Source: Octopus sinensis (Eukaryota). Taken from it: a stretch of DNA of 64,000 nucleotides. The notes under the pieces are model-generated. The model was not told the origin of the DNA. It ran no database searches and worked only from the letters and a program-made list of their open reading frames with translations. Made by a program: the position numbers and the translations under genes. Shown here piece after piece: positions 36,769 to 49,200 of the stretch (its first letter is position 1; each line of letters begins with the position of its first letter). Location of the stretch: assembly GCF_006345805.1 (NCBI RefSeq), contig NC_043001.1, positions 107,694,001 through 107,758,000 on the forward strand, given 5' to 3'.

Positions 36769-37631
36769 AAAGCGTATATGAAATTTTTGTTATCCATTTC
36801 AAATGTCAATAAAGGGTAAAATGAATGAGAGTTAAATCTATTTTAGTCAAGATGAAAGAAGAAATTCGCTACCACTTGAAACAACGCCAAATTTTATCTG
36901 TGTTCCCGTTTCACGTGTGCTCAATGACCCGTTAAATGTTTCAGCTTAAAAACGCTCAGAACTTTCCGGACAACCTAATAGAATCTCTAACTTGTCACAC
37001 CGTTTGTTTCAGTAAATGTCTCGTATTGGATTTATCTCCCTTGTTTGTTATATTCTTTATTTTAGAAACACATCAAGGAACATTTTATATACTAATTTCT
37101 CGGATAATTTAGGTTAATCGTATGTTTTCTATTCACGATTTTACATATGTATATTTAGTCAGGTTTCTATGTTTTGAGTTTTTTTGTTTCTTTTTTGTTA
37201 TTCAAATCCCGCCGTTATCATGTTTATCTTTCTTCTGTATGGGGTCAAAAAATAAGTAACGGTTGAGCACTAGATCTAATTTTATCGATAATGCCTGTCT
37301 CCTTAATTTGAGATCTGCTTATTTGTGATATCAACGTTGCAACTAGAATATATTTCAGCAGAGTCGTATAAATGTCAGTGAGTCCGGCAACATACATTAC
37401 GTTCCAAGTTCAAATTCTGTCTGACACGGTTATTTCATAGTTGCCGTGTAGTGCTGACTCCTCATCAGGCTGTCCATAAATAATTTCAGTACCATATTAA
37501 GCATTTCTCTTTATAGGAATTGGTTACTAGCAGCTTAATCTACTTAACACGTCTCCATTTATCTTCAAAAAAGATGTTGTAAATGGGCTCGCACCAACTT
37601 TCTCAAGGCACAAATGTTATTTTCTTTCCAG

Positions 37632-37667
37632 GACCAACATATTTTTTCTCTTCTCAAATGCCGCGAA
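37632..37667 (+). other. Candidate 36-nt exon
   Basis: ttattttctttccag| acceptor and GAA|gtaagt donor; open in all three frames (e.g. DQHIFSLLKCRE). Confidence 0.3.
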
Positions 37668-38190
37668 GTAAGTCGTAGGGGAAAATGGAGCGATTGAAAA
37701 CTATCTCCCATAACCTTCTCCTCTCTTCCACACAACATCAGAAATCAATATTCGAGTTAGAAATGTCGAAGAGCAAATCTAATTCCCACATTCCTTTGAT
37801 CCTATGTTCGACAGTGTAAATCGCATATGCTAATTTAGACTTGTAAACAACATTTTACCATCGGCTAAATGTTTTCCATGACACAAAAGTCATAGAAATA
37901 TCCGTGATATTTTCATAGAAGGTCGAGAGATAATGGGCTTTTTGAACTCTCAATTCTCTGTTTAGACGGTATGTTTATTGAAACAGAAAATGAATATCGT
38001 CAAATAATGAAGTGCTGATGTTAGTTAATTTACAACGTACACTCTTCTTACGTTCTATGTATAAGGTTTTATCTAATATTTCATATATAATACTTCATAT
38101 AATCATAGATACATATATGTATATACATCGCGCGCGAACACAAACGCACACCACGCACACACGCGCACACATGCGCACACTATACAATTA

Positions 38191-38287
38191 TACAAATGTA
38201 CTTTTACATTTTCATATACATTTAGAGAGAGAGAGAGAGAAAGGGAAAAGAGAGAGTGAGGTAGATAGATATATAGATGGATAGATG

Positions 38288-38346
<59 letters not shown>

Positions 38347-38795
38347 GGGGAGATAGATATATTGATAGATAGATAGATAGATAGATAGATAGACAAACGG
38401 ATTGACGGATAGACAGATAGATAGAGAGGAGGCAGATAGATAGACAGATAGATGGAAATGTAAGAGTACAATTGTATGTATATTTGTGTGTGTGTGGGGG
38501 GGTAGTGAGTGCGTGTGAATGTATGCTTATATTCGCGCGTGATGTATGTATATATATATGTATATTTTAACACTCCTTTTAGGCCGAAATTTTTATGGTT
38601 CCATTTAATATATACGTCATACATATATACATACATATATGAATATAAATCGTATATACATCAAAAACATACATCACAACATACACACAGACACACACAC
38701 AGACACACACACAAACACACATACATATATACTAATGTACTTTTACATCTTCAAAAAGATAGATAGATAGATTAAAATGTAAAAGTACATTTGTA
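38191..38795. repeat. Two units of about 22-bp inverted repeats enclosing GATA/GA microsatellites
   Basis: tacaaatgtacttttacatttt (38191-38212) / aaatgtaagagtacaattgta (38456-38476); tactaatgtacttttacatctt (38730-38751) / aaaatgtaaaagtacatttgta (38774-38795). Confidence 0.8.
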
Positions 38796-39127
38796 TCAAT
38801 GTATATATATTTGTGTGTGACTGTATGTATGTATATGTTCCTCCGTGATGTATGTATATTTTAAATAAGGCTGGTATATATATATATGTGTGCGTGTATG
38901 CGTGCGTGAGAGTGTGTGTGTTTTTTTGCTTGTTTGTCTGTGCGTGTATGTGTGTGTGTGTGTGTCTGTGTGTGAGTGTGTGTGTGTCTATGTGTGTGTA
39001 TACATGGCAATATGTGTATACGTCTCATGGCACTTATATATATATATCTTTTCTACGTGCTTCCTTCTGCAAAACACGCCTTCTCACAATGTGCCTGAAC
39101 ACGACCATTTGCATATGTTTACGTATG

Positions 39128-39186
<59 letters not shown>

Positions 39187-39420
39187 TGCGTATATAACGC
39201 TTTTATAAGGGAAATAGTACAAAGAATGCAATATCATGTTTACAGAGAAAACTTTGTGATAGATGACAGACATTTTACAGAAACTAACGGCTATATATAG
39301 ATGTTTTCGGTGTTGTATATCGATTAAAATTGGAAAGGCTGTTAAGCGAAAACATTAGGCTTGCATCACTGAGAAGCAGACAATAATGTAACCTGTTGAG
39401 CAATACGCACACACACTAAG

Positions 39421-39480
<60 letters not shown>

Positions 39481-39575
39481 ACACACACATACATACTCTT
39501 ATTCTCGCACATACACACTAACACACCTATATGATTATATATATAAAGGGCGAGAGAGGCAGGAAGAAAAAGACG

Positions 39576-39609
<34 letters not shown>

Positions 39610-40378
39610 ACATATATATACAAATATATACATACAGACACAAATTCACCCACCCACACACCCACATACATATTTGCGTATATATATATATATTTATTTA
39701 TATATAATCTATATACATACACATATATATTCATGCATATATACACAAACGAAGATAATATGTGTATATATATATATATATATAATATATATATATATAA
39801 TATATATATATATATATGTACACATACATTCATGCACAGCGTATATATTTACATAAATACACACATGCATATATTTACGTTTGTACATATGATTGTCTGC
39901 GAGAGAACGTGTGGGGGGTATGGGTGGGGGGTCCGTGTGTTTGTATGTCTGTGCGTAATTGTATGTGTGTGCCTGCTTATGTATACGTGTGTGTGTGTGA
40001 GTGTGTTCGTTCGTGACTGCCCTCAGTACGCGCGTTAGTTGGTTGTTGAATTACGTACCTGTGAATAAGAACATATATCAACCACGAAGCATGACGAATC
40101 ATCCATATTGTAAACTGTTATATCAATTGGTTCTCACCTCATAACTCTGAGCACGCAAAAAGTCAATACGACTCTTAAGGAAATACTTTGTTACTTGTAA
40201 ATCCACGTCTTTAAACATTTTATACAACGGTCAATTCGATAGATATTCCACGGAGTGTTACGCAAGCTGCTGTGACCGAAATTCTTTAAATCAAACCTTA
40301 CCGGCTTCAGAAATAAAGGTTGCATTGGAATAAAACCGTCCTCTATATTTAGAAAAAAAACCCAGCTTTGATCATAGG

Positions 40379-40697
40379 TGTGGCACTCTGTCGGTTACGA
40401 CGATGAGGGTTCCATATGATTCGATCAACGGAACAGCCTGCTCGTAACATTAACGTGCAAGTGGCTGAGCACACCACAGACACGTGTACCCTTACCGTAG
40501 TTCTCGGGGAGATGCAGGGTGGCACAGAGTGTGACAAGACTGGCCCTTTGAAATACAGGTACAACAGAAACAGGAAGAGTGAAAGTTGTAGTGAAAGAGT
40601 ACAGCAGGGTTCGCCACCACACCCTCCTGGAGCCTCATGGATCTGAAGGTGTTTTCGCTCAATAAACACTCACATCGCCCGGTCTGAGAATCAAAAC
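40379..40697 (-). mobile_element. SINE family C (5'-truncated)
   Basis: Reverse complement of the family C body. Confidence 0.9.
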
Positions 40698-40924
40698 TTG
40701 CTTAAGTCATTAGGCTTCGGCCATGCTGAAGCAGTGTCTTCAAGAATTTATTGTCGAATGAATTGAATCCAGTACTTAACTACTTTTAAGTTTGGTATAT
40801 ATATTCTATCGGTAACTTTAGCCAAACCGCTAGGTTACGGAGTGGTAAACATTAACAGCAGTAATGAGGGAAAACATAGGCACAACACACACGCACACAC
40901 ACACACATTATATATATGAATTTG

Positions 40925-41065
40925 CGACAGGCTTCTTTTAGTTTCCACCTACCAAATCCACTCACATGGCTTTGGTCAGCCCGAGGCTATAGTAGAAGAC
41001 ACTTGCACAAGATGCTACGCAGTGGGAGTGAACCCGTAACCATTTGGTTGGGAAGCAAGCTACAC
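40925..41065 (-). mobile_element. SINE family A 5' part
   Basis: gcttctttttagtttccacctaccaaatccactcac... reverse complement of the head region. Confidence 0.85.
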
Positions 41066-41091
41066 TTGTGCCTCATAAAAAAGAATAAATA

Positions 41092-41256
41092 TAGGCGTAG
41101 GAATGGCTGTGTGGTAAGTAGCTTGCTTACCAACCACGTGGTTCCGGGTTCAGTCCCACTGTGTGGGATCTTCGTGAAGTGTCTTCTACTATAGCCTCGA
41201 GCCGACCAAAAGCCAATGAGTGCATTTGGTATACGGAGACTGAAAGACATCTGTCG

Positions 41257-41296
<40 letters not shown>

Positions 41297-41503
41297 GTGT
41301 GTGTGTGTGTGTGTTTCTGTTCTTGTTCCCCCAACATCGTTTGACAACCGATGATGGTATGTTCACCTCCCCGATTCGGCAAAAGAGACCGATGGAATAA
41401 GTACTAGGCTTACAAAAATTAAGTCCTGGCTTCGACTTGCTCGACTAAAGGCGCTGCTCCAGCATGGCAGCAATCAGATGACTGCAATAAGTAAAAGAGT
41501 AAA
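41092..41503 (+). mobile_element. SINE family A
   Basis: aggcgtaggaatggctgtgtggtaag...gtaaaagagta. Confidence 0.9.
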
Positions 41504-42013
41504 TTTACACCTACACCTATATTTCGAATGATAATGATCAACATATGTCTTATTCGTACCTTTGTATATTATACCTGATTATGTAACAAAAATTATTTCT
41601 GATCCAAAATTAGTAAAACTTTGAAACCCTAAGATCAATAAAGGCTGTATAATGCGCAATTAACTTTTGTCAGCAATTTTTCATCAAAAAGCACCATAAG
41701 AAACTGTTGTGTGATAAAGCCATGCGCTTTCTGAAGAGTCCTACCAATTTTCTGTCAATTTTAAAATTCAACAGGTTGTATCATTGGTTTTCGTACTATA
41801 TATCTTTTAATTATGACAGATATTCTATGCGTGTGTGTGTGTGTGTGCATGTGTGTATATGTGTGTGCCTGTGTGTATATGTGTATGTATGTATGTGTAT
41901 GTGCGTGTGTGTGTGTATGTGTGCGTATGTGTGTATGTGTGTGTGTGTGTATGTGTGTATATGTGTGTGTATGCGTGTGTATGTGCGTGTGTGTGCGTGT
42001 GTGTGTATGTGTG

Positions 42014-42044
<31 letters not shown>

Positions 42045-42419
42045 AAAGAAACATTAATCCTTGGATGGAATTTATAAACATTTAATCCATCGTTTCGTGC
42101 GTTTCCACAAATCACATGTCTCTTAATATCCCATTCCATATTCCTACGCTGATAGCAGTGTAGTCCGTAGTATCCGTGAGTAGAACATCTTCGTGGATTC
42201 ATTTCTTCAGGCGATATAACATTAATAGATAAACAGAGTGTTGTTTATCCCATTTGAGCAATGCGAAGGTTGAGTTCAACAACGCTAACAGCCAACGAGG
42301 CCACACACACATATATTCAAATGCGTGGAGCTGTTCTTAGTACTTTGAACATTAATTTCAGAAATATATAGTGTAGATATCTCTTGGGATTTTCTAGCGG
42401 GCTACTTGGTGTCCAAGCT

Positions 42420-43140
42420 TAAGGAAATTGTCATAAAATCTACTGCTTGCTGGCAGATAGACGGTCTTTCTTTCTAGATCTTCTTGGAAGACTAGCTAAT
42501 TTGAAGTCCTGTAGCATTGACTCTAATGCTGACGTGACGCGCTGATTTTCTTCGCAGTAGCTTCAAGTACAGTGTCGTGTTTAGTCCCGTGATCATTTCG
42601 CTGACAAACACAATATAGGGATTGTAGAACAATTTGCATCGTCCACTGTTGAAGGACCTTGTCATCAGGGATCACATTAAGCTGGTTACTTTCATCCTAT
42701 TCTTCTGACAACTCATCTGTTTTCCTATTGGCGCATACCCATCATATCTTGTATCTGAAATCTCCTGTCACAAATTTCCGTTTTTCAGATGATGATTTCA
42801 CGCATTAAAAGATGTAGTTCATGATTTTCAACCATTGTAACTCCTCAGATCTCCACGATTAGTACTTCAATGTTAGTTTTCTCGTTTATTGATGTTGATT
42901 TGGCGATTATCTTATTTTTAGCTATGATGAGACTTCTGTATTTTTCGTATAAAGATTATTTTACCTTCTGCACAAGGGCGAGGGTATTTTCAACCCCGTT
43001 TTCAACCACAGTTGGTTTCTTGTCTCACAAAATATCAGAATCATAATCTTTGCATAAATTTGAAACAAATCCTTCTTTAATTGCAGGCAGCCCTTCAATG
43101 TTCAGAGATATAATTTCAACTGCTGGTCTTCGAAACCGGC
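42420..43140 (-). mobile_element. LINE apurinic endonuclease remnant, I-group (Ingi/Vingi-like)
   Basis: Minus: VEIISLNIEGL (N-terminal APE motif), TGDF, SFNSGRCKLFYNPYIVFVS (cf. Vingi-type SFxSxRWxxGYNPDLxFVS); many stops and frameshifts. Confidence 0.7.
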
Positions 43141-44394
43141 ACTGGTCTTTCTCACCATGCTCCACTCTGAAGGGCTTCTAGCCCCTTTTGGGTTTCTTAA
43201 ATCGTTATCTTTCTACGCTGCTTGAATTGTTTAGTAGTAGAACCCGCATGTAATATCAGGTGTTACTTGGTAGGGATCGTGACATGGGCGCTTGGTCCCC
43301 AGACTAGCAACAGAACACCAGCCTGATATTGCCTTTCATAATTCAATGACCTGCTAATCAGTCTCTCGTCTTACTGTAAACCACACAAAGCGTAACCGAC
43401 GCCGTACGCACACTCATATTTATATACACTAGAAGAAAAGCCGCCCTCCGTGGGGTTTTCTGCTGGTGTATTTGTTGCACATATTGATATTAGATATACA
43501 CATAGATATGATACATTAATTATAGAGTAAATTGACAATATATTCATGAATTGAACAATGACTCTGTTATAGTTTATTCTGTAATCAGTAAAATAATCCT
43601 TGATTCATTTAAAAAAGACGATAATGGAAATTGGAAAAGAGATAAGACTCTCAAGGGAAAATGTTCATGAATCTTCACTTGAGTGAATTTGAAAATAGAT
43701 TCTCTGGTGGGAATTAATGAATTACATTTACCAATACGAAGAGTTGAGTTTTGCTATATTGTTCTTTCATTATATTCCCTTATAGACGTCTTAAGTGTTT
43801 CTAGTGTCCTTTTCATAGCAATTAAAAATGAACTTAAATACATTTCAATTAAAAGAGAATAATGAATGTCTCATATCACTGTATAATTTTTTGGCAGACA
43901 CAACTCTCAGTAAATGAACCTTTTTCATTTATCTGGGTTAATATTTTTATATTTTCTTTTCTTGACGCTCTTCATAATACCACATACATCTGACCATTTG
44001 CGAAGAATAGTATTGGGAGATGATATTATTGACTAAATAACTTCAAGATGGTATCCCAGCATGACCGCCGTCTAACCCAATTTGAAAACTTAATTCTATT
44101 AGATAAGGATTATTGTTTTTACACTACGCAATATTTTTGAAAATAATTTACTCACTTGTTTTGTTGTTGTTGATTTTTCGCTTTATTACAATTTTACGAA
44201 CACTATTTGTTTACAAATAGAATTCAAACGGAAGTTGACATTTAAAACAGAAGCTAATGTTGTAATAGTAAGCATTATAATTCATGTTTAATATACAAGT
44301 AAACTTTATAGTTTAAAAATATTTTAATATTCATTTATAATTTCTTCAAAGTAATATGACATTTTTAATGACGTGGGAAAAAAAAATAAAATGG

Positions 44395-44620
44395 ACACAG
44401 TCCCGCACTTCTTTATTCAGCTGAATACACTCATTGATTGGTTGAAATTGCCGAAATACGACAACTTTGAAATGAAATAACTTCGTAGATATAAACGCTT
44501 CTCAAAAACGCTAACAGCAAAAGATATTTTATTTGCCACATTCTACCAGTATACGAAATTTGAAAGTGTTTAGTTACAAAAAATTATTTTTTAAATCTGC
44601 CGGTCAAAAGGTAAATATCC
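44395..44620 (-). mobile_element. Older partial copy of the 8670-9091 MITE family
   Basis: Reverse complement matches about 8670-8870; degenerate TIR tgccggtcaaaaggtaaatatcc at 44598-44620. Confidence 0.8.
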
Positions 44621-45214
44621 ACATACATATATGAATGCATATGTATTTATCTAAATATGCAGGCAGTGTAGAAACAATCCTCAGTATAGAGAAAAGAAAT
44701 GTATTTCCACGCAGAAAAGATTACAGTAAAGTTAATTATGGGGGTTGAAAATGTCTTTAAAATGATTACAGCTTTTAAATTTTGTAGCAAATTTCTTAAT
44801 ATACGAAGCCGGCTGCAAAAATGTTTTTGTTTTTCAATGGTAAATAGAAAAAACGTTTGCGGTAGATTGAATGTATAAGGGAAAATTCGGAAAAACATCC
44901 TTAAAAAAAAATCATTTATTCATACAAATCCCAATAATCCATAAATTTCACAGAGACAGACAATAATAAAAGTTCAAATATTCGATGAACTTCATATCCG
45001 TTATATGTAACTGAAAGTTCAGTAACATTGAGTTGTGTTAACGCTTAAACACAATGAATTTTTAAAAGTGTAAGAAAGAAAAAAAACAGAAAGAATTCTT
45101 CGTTTTGACACTTTCGGTCGTAGTACATGAAGATCCTTCGGATTTTTCGTTGTTGGTTTTGCTGGTAAGAGCTCGAAAGGTTTTAAGATGAGATTGCTTC
45201 AGATATTCTTTTAT

Positions 45215-45451
45215 TCTTTTATTTTTTCACATGTCTCAGTCATTTGACTGCGACCATGCTGGAGCACCGCCTTAAATGGATTTTAGTCGAAGAAAGCGGC
45301 CCCAGGACTTATTCGTTGTAAGCCTAGTATTTATCCTATCGGTACTTTTGCCGAAAGGCTAAGTTACGGGGGACGTAATGAACACTTCAACATCGGTTGT
45401 CAAGCGGTAGCTGGGAGGTAAAAACAGTCACACATATATACCTACATACAT

Positions 45452-45493
<42 letters not shown>

Positions 45494-45586
45494 CAAAGAT
45501 GTACAGGTTTCAATTCGTTACACATATATACATACATACATACACATATATACACACACACATATATATATATATACATGTATATA

Positions 45587-45637
<51 letters not shown>

Positions 45638-45727
45638 CAAAGATGTACAGGTTTCAATTCGTTACACATATATACATACATACATACACATATATACACA
45701 CACACATATATATATATATACATGTAT

Positions 45728-45760
<33 letters not shown>

Positions 45761-45885
45761 GAGGGACTTCTTTCAGTTTACGTCTACCAAATACACTCAC
45801 AAGGCTTTGGTCGGCCCTAGGCTATAGTAGGTGGCACGCAGTGGGAACTGAACCCGGAACCATGTGGTTGGAAAGCAAGATTTTC
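45215..45885 (-). mobile_element. SINE family A with expanded centre
   Basis: 3' half at 45215-45430, head at 45760-45885, microsatellite centre. Confidence 0.88.
45493..45760 (+). repeat. About 144-bp tandem duplication within the SINE central microsatellite
   Basis: acaaagatgtacaggtttcaattcgttacacatatatacatac at 45493 and 45637. Confidence 0.93.
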
Positions 45886-46554
45886 TGATATAGGTTCAAG
45901 TTTTTTGATACAGGTTCAACTTTGAATTGGTTATAAATTTAATTACGTCAGTTGCTCTGCCCGCCTCTGGTCAAGTATTTCGCTTGGCCGACTGTCTGAT
46001 TATGTCAATTATCTCTTGGATGTTCTGGTGTCAAACTTTGATTTGGCAGTAGTTTAGCGTTCTAGTTGGCGGACTTACTAGTGGCGTCATTTGTTTATCG
46101 ACTGTTTTTAATTTTTTTTCTACTAGTAGGGATCCGGTATTCTAGTTGATTGAATTCCTGAATACTTCATTTGTTCGTTGACGGTCTTCACAACTTGTTT
46201 CCGTCCGACAGTGGTGCACTGTTCTGTTTGGTTGATTCCCTTAAGAAGCCGCTGGTATTCGTCAGCTCAATGTTTAAGCATTCAGCTGACCGAGACATTT
46301 GAAATTCTATTATTCTCTATCGCTGAAGAATTTATTGAATATTGGAATTTGTATGGACATTTAAATTTGAAAGTATGTTCTTTTTTAGAATTTTCACTTC
46401 TGTCGACAATCTTTCCGAAACTTTTTCATTTACCATTGAAAAACGAAAATAATGATTGAAACTGGTTTGCTATTGTAATATGTTTTTTACAAAGCTTTAA
46501 AATTACAACTTATTTTATGACTCACTGCATTTCAAATCTCAAAAGGAATTCTAC

Positions 46555-46642
<88 letters not shown>

Positions 46643-46656
46643 TAATAATAATAATG

Positions 46657-46711
<55 letters not shown>

Positions 46712-46713
<2 letters not shown>

Positions 46714-47160
46714 TTCTGCTCAATACCACAGATTTGCTTGTCAGTTGTTTGACCTTAACCAGTTGAGCATGTCCCTTAGTGGCTGACGATATGTGCATCT
46801 CTGATCACGAGCAGAAGTAGTGGGGGAGCATCATAGCCATGTGTTGAGAAGGATTCTTTGGGGTTTGAATAATTCACCTCTGGAAACATGGGTGTTTCGT
46901 TCAACATCCTTAAACAAGCCTTATTCAGGGACCTTTTGAGCGGGATGGGTTACTCGATCTGAAGAAAATTCTAACTGGGCTCCACCTGCAAGGTCATGTG
47001 CTGTTTATCTTGATATGAGATCACCATGTCGCGCACATATGGTTGTGATGCATGTGCCTGGTGTACCATTATCAGACGGGTAGTCATGATGGGTATACTG
47101 GGCTTCGTATATTTTACCCCAGTGTCACTTCGATGGCATGCTCTGCTCGCTCACTCAATA
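46712..47160. mobile_element. Unclassified interspersed repeat embedded in (AAT)n
   Basis: Non-coding, GC-richer block bounded on both sides by (AAT)n; resembles a common octopus repeat from memory; class not determined. Confidence 0.5.
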
Positions 47161-47241
47161 ATAATAATAATAATAATATGAGAGAATATTATTCCAAACT
47201 TACAGGGAAAAATTCAATTTAGAAATACTATATCAAATTTC

Positions 47242-47962
47242 GAGCCGGATCGTCTGCTGCTGGAGAGGACCGATCAGGTAAAGGACCTGGGTATCTTGGT
47301 GGATTCCTCCTTTTCGCTTTCGGCCCAGTGCGTCCATGCTGCCAACAAAGCACGCGGAATTCTGTTCTTGATTCGACGGTCATTCGGAATGCTCACAGCA
47401 GCCATATTCCTACCACTCTATGTCACGCTGGTGAGACCCATATTGGAGTACGGGATTCAAGCCTCTTCTCCTTATCTCCTCAAAGACATACAGCATCTCG
47501 AAAGAGTCCAGAAGCTGGCTACCTCCATGGTTCATGGTCTCAAAAATTTGTCTTATGAAGAAAGGCTGAGGACGCTCGACCTTTATTCTCTAGAAAAACG
47601 CCGCCGCCGTGGTGATCTCATTCTCGCTCACAACATCATAAGCGGAAAGTGTAACCTCTCGAAAGAGCTGTTCTTCACTCCTGTTCCAGGGCGTCGGCTG
47701 CGGAGTCATTCCGAAAAGCTCTACCTGCGACGATTTCATCTCAATCGAGGGAGGGGAGGTTTCTCCGTCCGGGTTGCGGATCCGTGGAACAAGCTGCCAG
47801 ACGAGATGGTGAAGATGCCGACGACCGCTTTGTTCAAAGTCTCCCTTGACCTCAAGTGGCCTGAACTCTTTACATGAACACCACCCTGTACTTAACTCCA
47901 TGTCCCCCTACATGGCCTTGCTATTTGCTTTTGAGCCAAATTAACTAACTAACTAACTAACT
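47242..47962 (+). mobile_element. Young 5'-truncated CR1 LINE with intact ORF2 C-terminus, (TAAC)n tail and TSD
   Basis: ORF 47296-47877: KDLGILVD...LYVTLVRPILEYG...LERVQKLAT...SYEERLRTLDLYSLEKRRRRGDLI...WNKLP; tail (taac)n 47941-47962; TSD aaatttc at 47235-47241 and 47963-47969. Confidence 0.93.
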
Positions 47963-48015
47963 AAATTTCACAAAATATAATATATATATATATAAATTAG
48001 GGGGAAAAAACACCG

Positions 48016-48224
48016 TTTATCAATTCAATATTGAAAAGTTAAATTATACCATTTAGAAAAATTACATCTTATAGAAAGATTAAATATAAGATAAAACATA
48101 TAACAATGAATATTATTTTGCATATTACTTAATCATCGTTATATGTTTTATCGTATATTTAATCTTTCTATACGTAATTTTTCTAAATGGTATAATTTAA
48201 TTTTTCATTATTGAACTGATAAAA
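48016..48224. repeat. Fold-back inverted repeat (about 93-bp arms, 23-nt loop) between (TA)n tracts
   Basis: tttatcaattcaatattgaaaagttaaattataccatttagaaaaattac...acatataacaatga (48016-48109) is the reverse complement of 48133-48224 with few mismatches. Confidence 0.95.
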
Positions 48225-48278
48225 GGTGGGGGGCTTTTTTCTAATATATAATATATATATATATATATACATTACACG

Positions 48279-48573
48279 AGAGGACGCATGGCTTACTGGT
48301 TAGGATGCTGTACTTACGATCGCGAGATGGTGGTTTCAATCTCTAGACAAGGTGGTGTGTTGTGTTCATGAGAAAAATACGCCATCTTAAGTTGCTCTGG
48401 GATCTCTGCGACACCTGATGCATGGTACGCTGTGCACCTGTGTGGGCAACGCCGATTTGAAGGAGAGAGTGAGATAATGTACAACGCAAATATTTCACCG
48501 CTATAAACAGATCATAGTTGCAAGTCGTTCGGGAAAAACTGAACGCGCGTCGACTTCGACGGGAGAATCTGTC

Positions 48574-48575
<2 letters not shown>
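48279..48575 (+). mobile_element. Degraded tRNA-derived SINE (family C-type head)
   Basis: gaggacgcatggcttactggttagg...gtggtttcaatctctagac. Confidence 0.65.
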
Positions 48576-48659
<84 letters not shown>

Positions 48660-48670
<11 letters not shown>

Positions 48671-48895
48671 TATGTCTGTATTTGTCCCCTCCAACATCGC
48701 TTGACAACCGATGTTGGTGTGTTTACGTCCCCGTAACTTAGCGGTTCGGCAAAAGAGACCGATTGAATAAGTACAAGGCTTACAAAGAATAAGTACTGGG
48801 GTCAATTTGCTCAACTAAAGGCGGTGCTCCATCATGGCCGCAGTCAAATGGCTGAAACAAGTGAAAGAGCAAAGTGAAAGAGTAAAGAGTATATC
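48660..48895 (+). mobile_element. SINE family A 3' half
   Basis: tttgtcccctccaacatcgcttgacaaccgatg...gaaacaagtgaaagag. Confidence 0.9.
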
Positions 48896-48904
48896 AAAAG
48901 AATG

Positions 48905-49200
48905 TGTTATGATATTATTCCTCATATGCAAAATCAACCATACCAACAATCCAACATACCTCCGTCATCAGCTGCGCCACGGATATCCTTGCGGTTTCGA
49001 CACCTGGGCAGTACCATTCATTCAATCTGGCGTATCAATAGCTCTAAACTAAGTGTTGCTTGGGAACAAATATACCAAAGAAACCACAACTTTCAAACAC
49101 ATTTGCCTTATGTACAACCGTATCGGTAAATAAAGTCAATAAGTAAACCTATAACCAACCCCCAAATACGTAACTCAACAGCGACCAATTCTTTAAGTCA
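48905..49200 (-). pseudogene. cob: NUMT segment, decayed cytochrome b 5' part
   Basis: Collinear by-eye matches on the minus strand: ggtcgctgttg (FGSLL, 49176-49186), ggtttactt (TGLFL), aatggtac (NGAS, 49011-49018), gacggaggtatg (GRGM, 48955-48966), tgaggaataatatca (WGQMS, 48910-48924). Confidence 0.45.

Noticed and set aside
48960-49180. Alternative reading of the NUMT as nad4 (GWGY / HVEAP-like)
   Set aside because: Fewer collinear matches than the cob reading and inconsistent with the adjacent nad1-like segments
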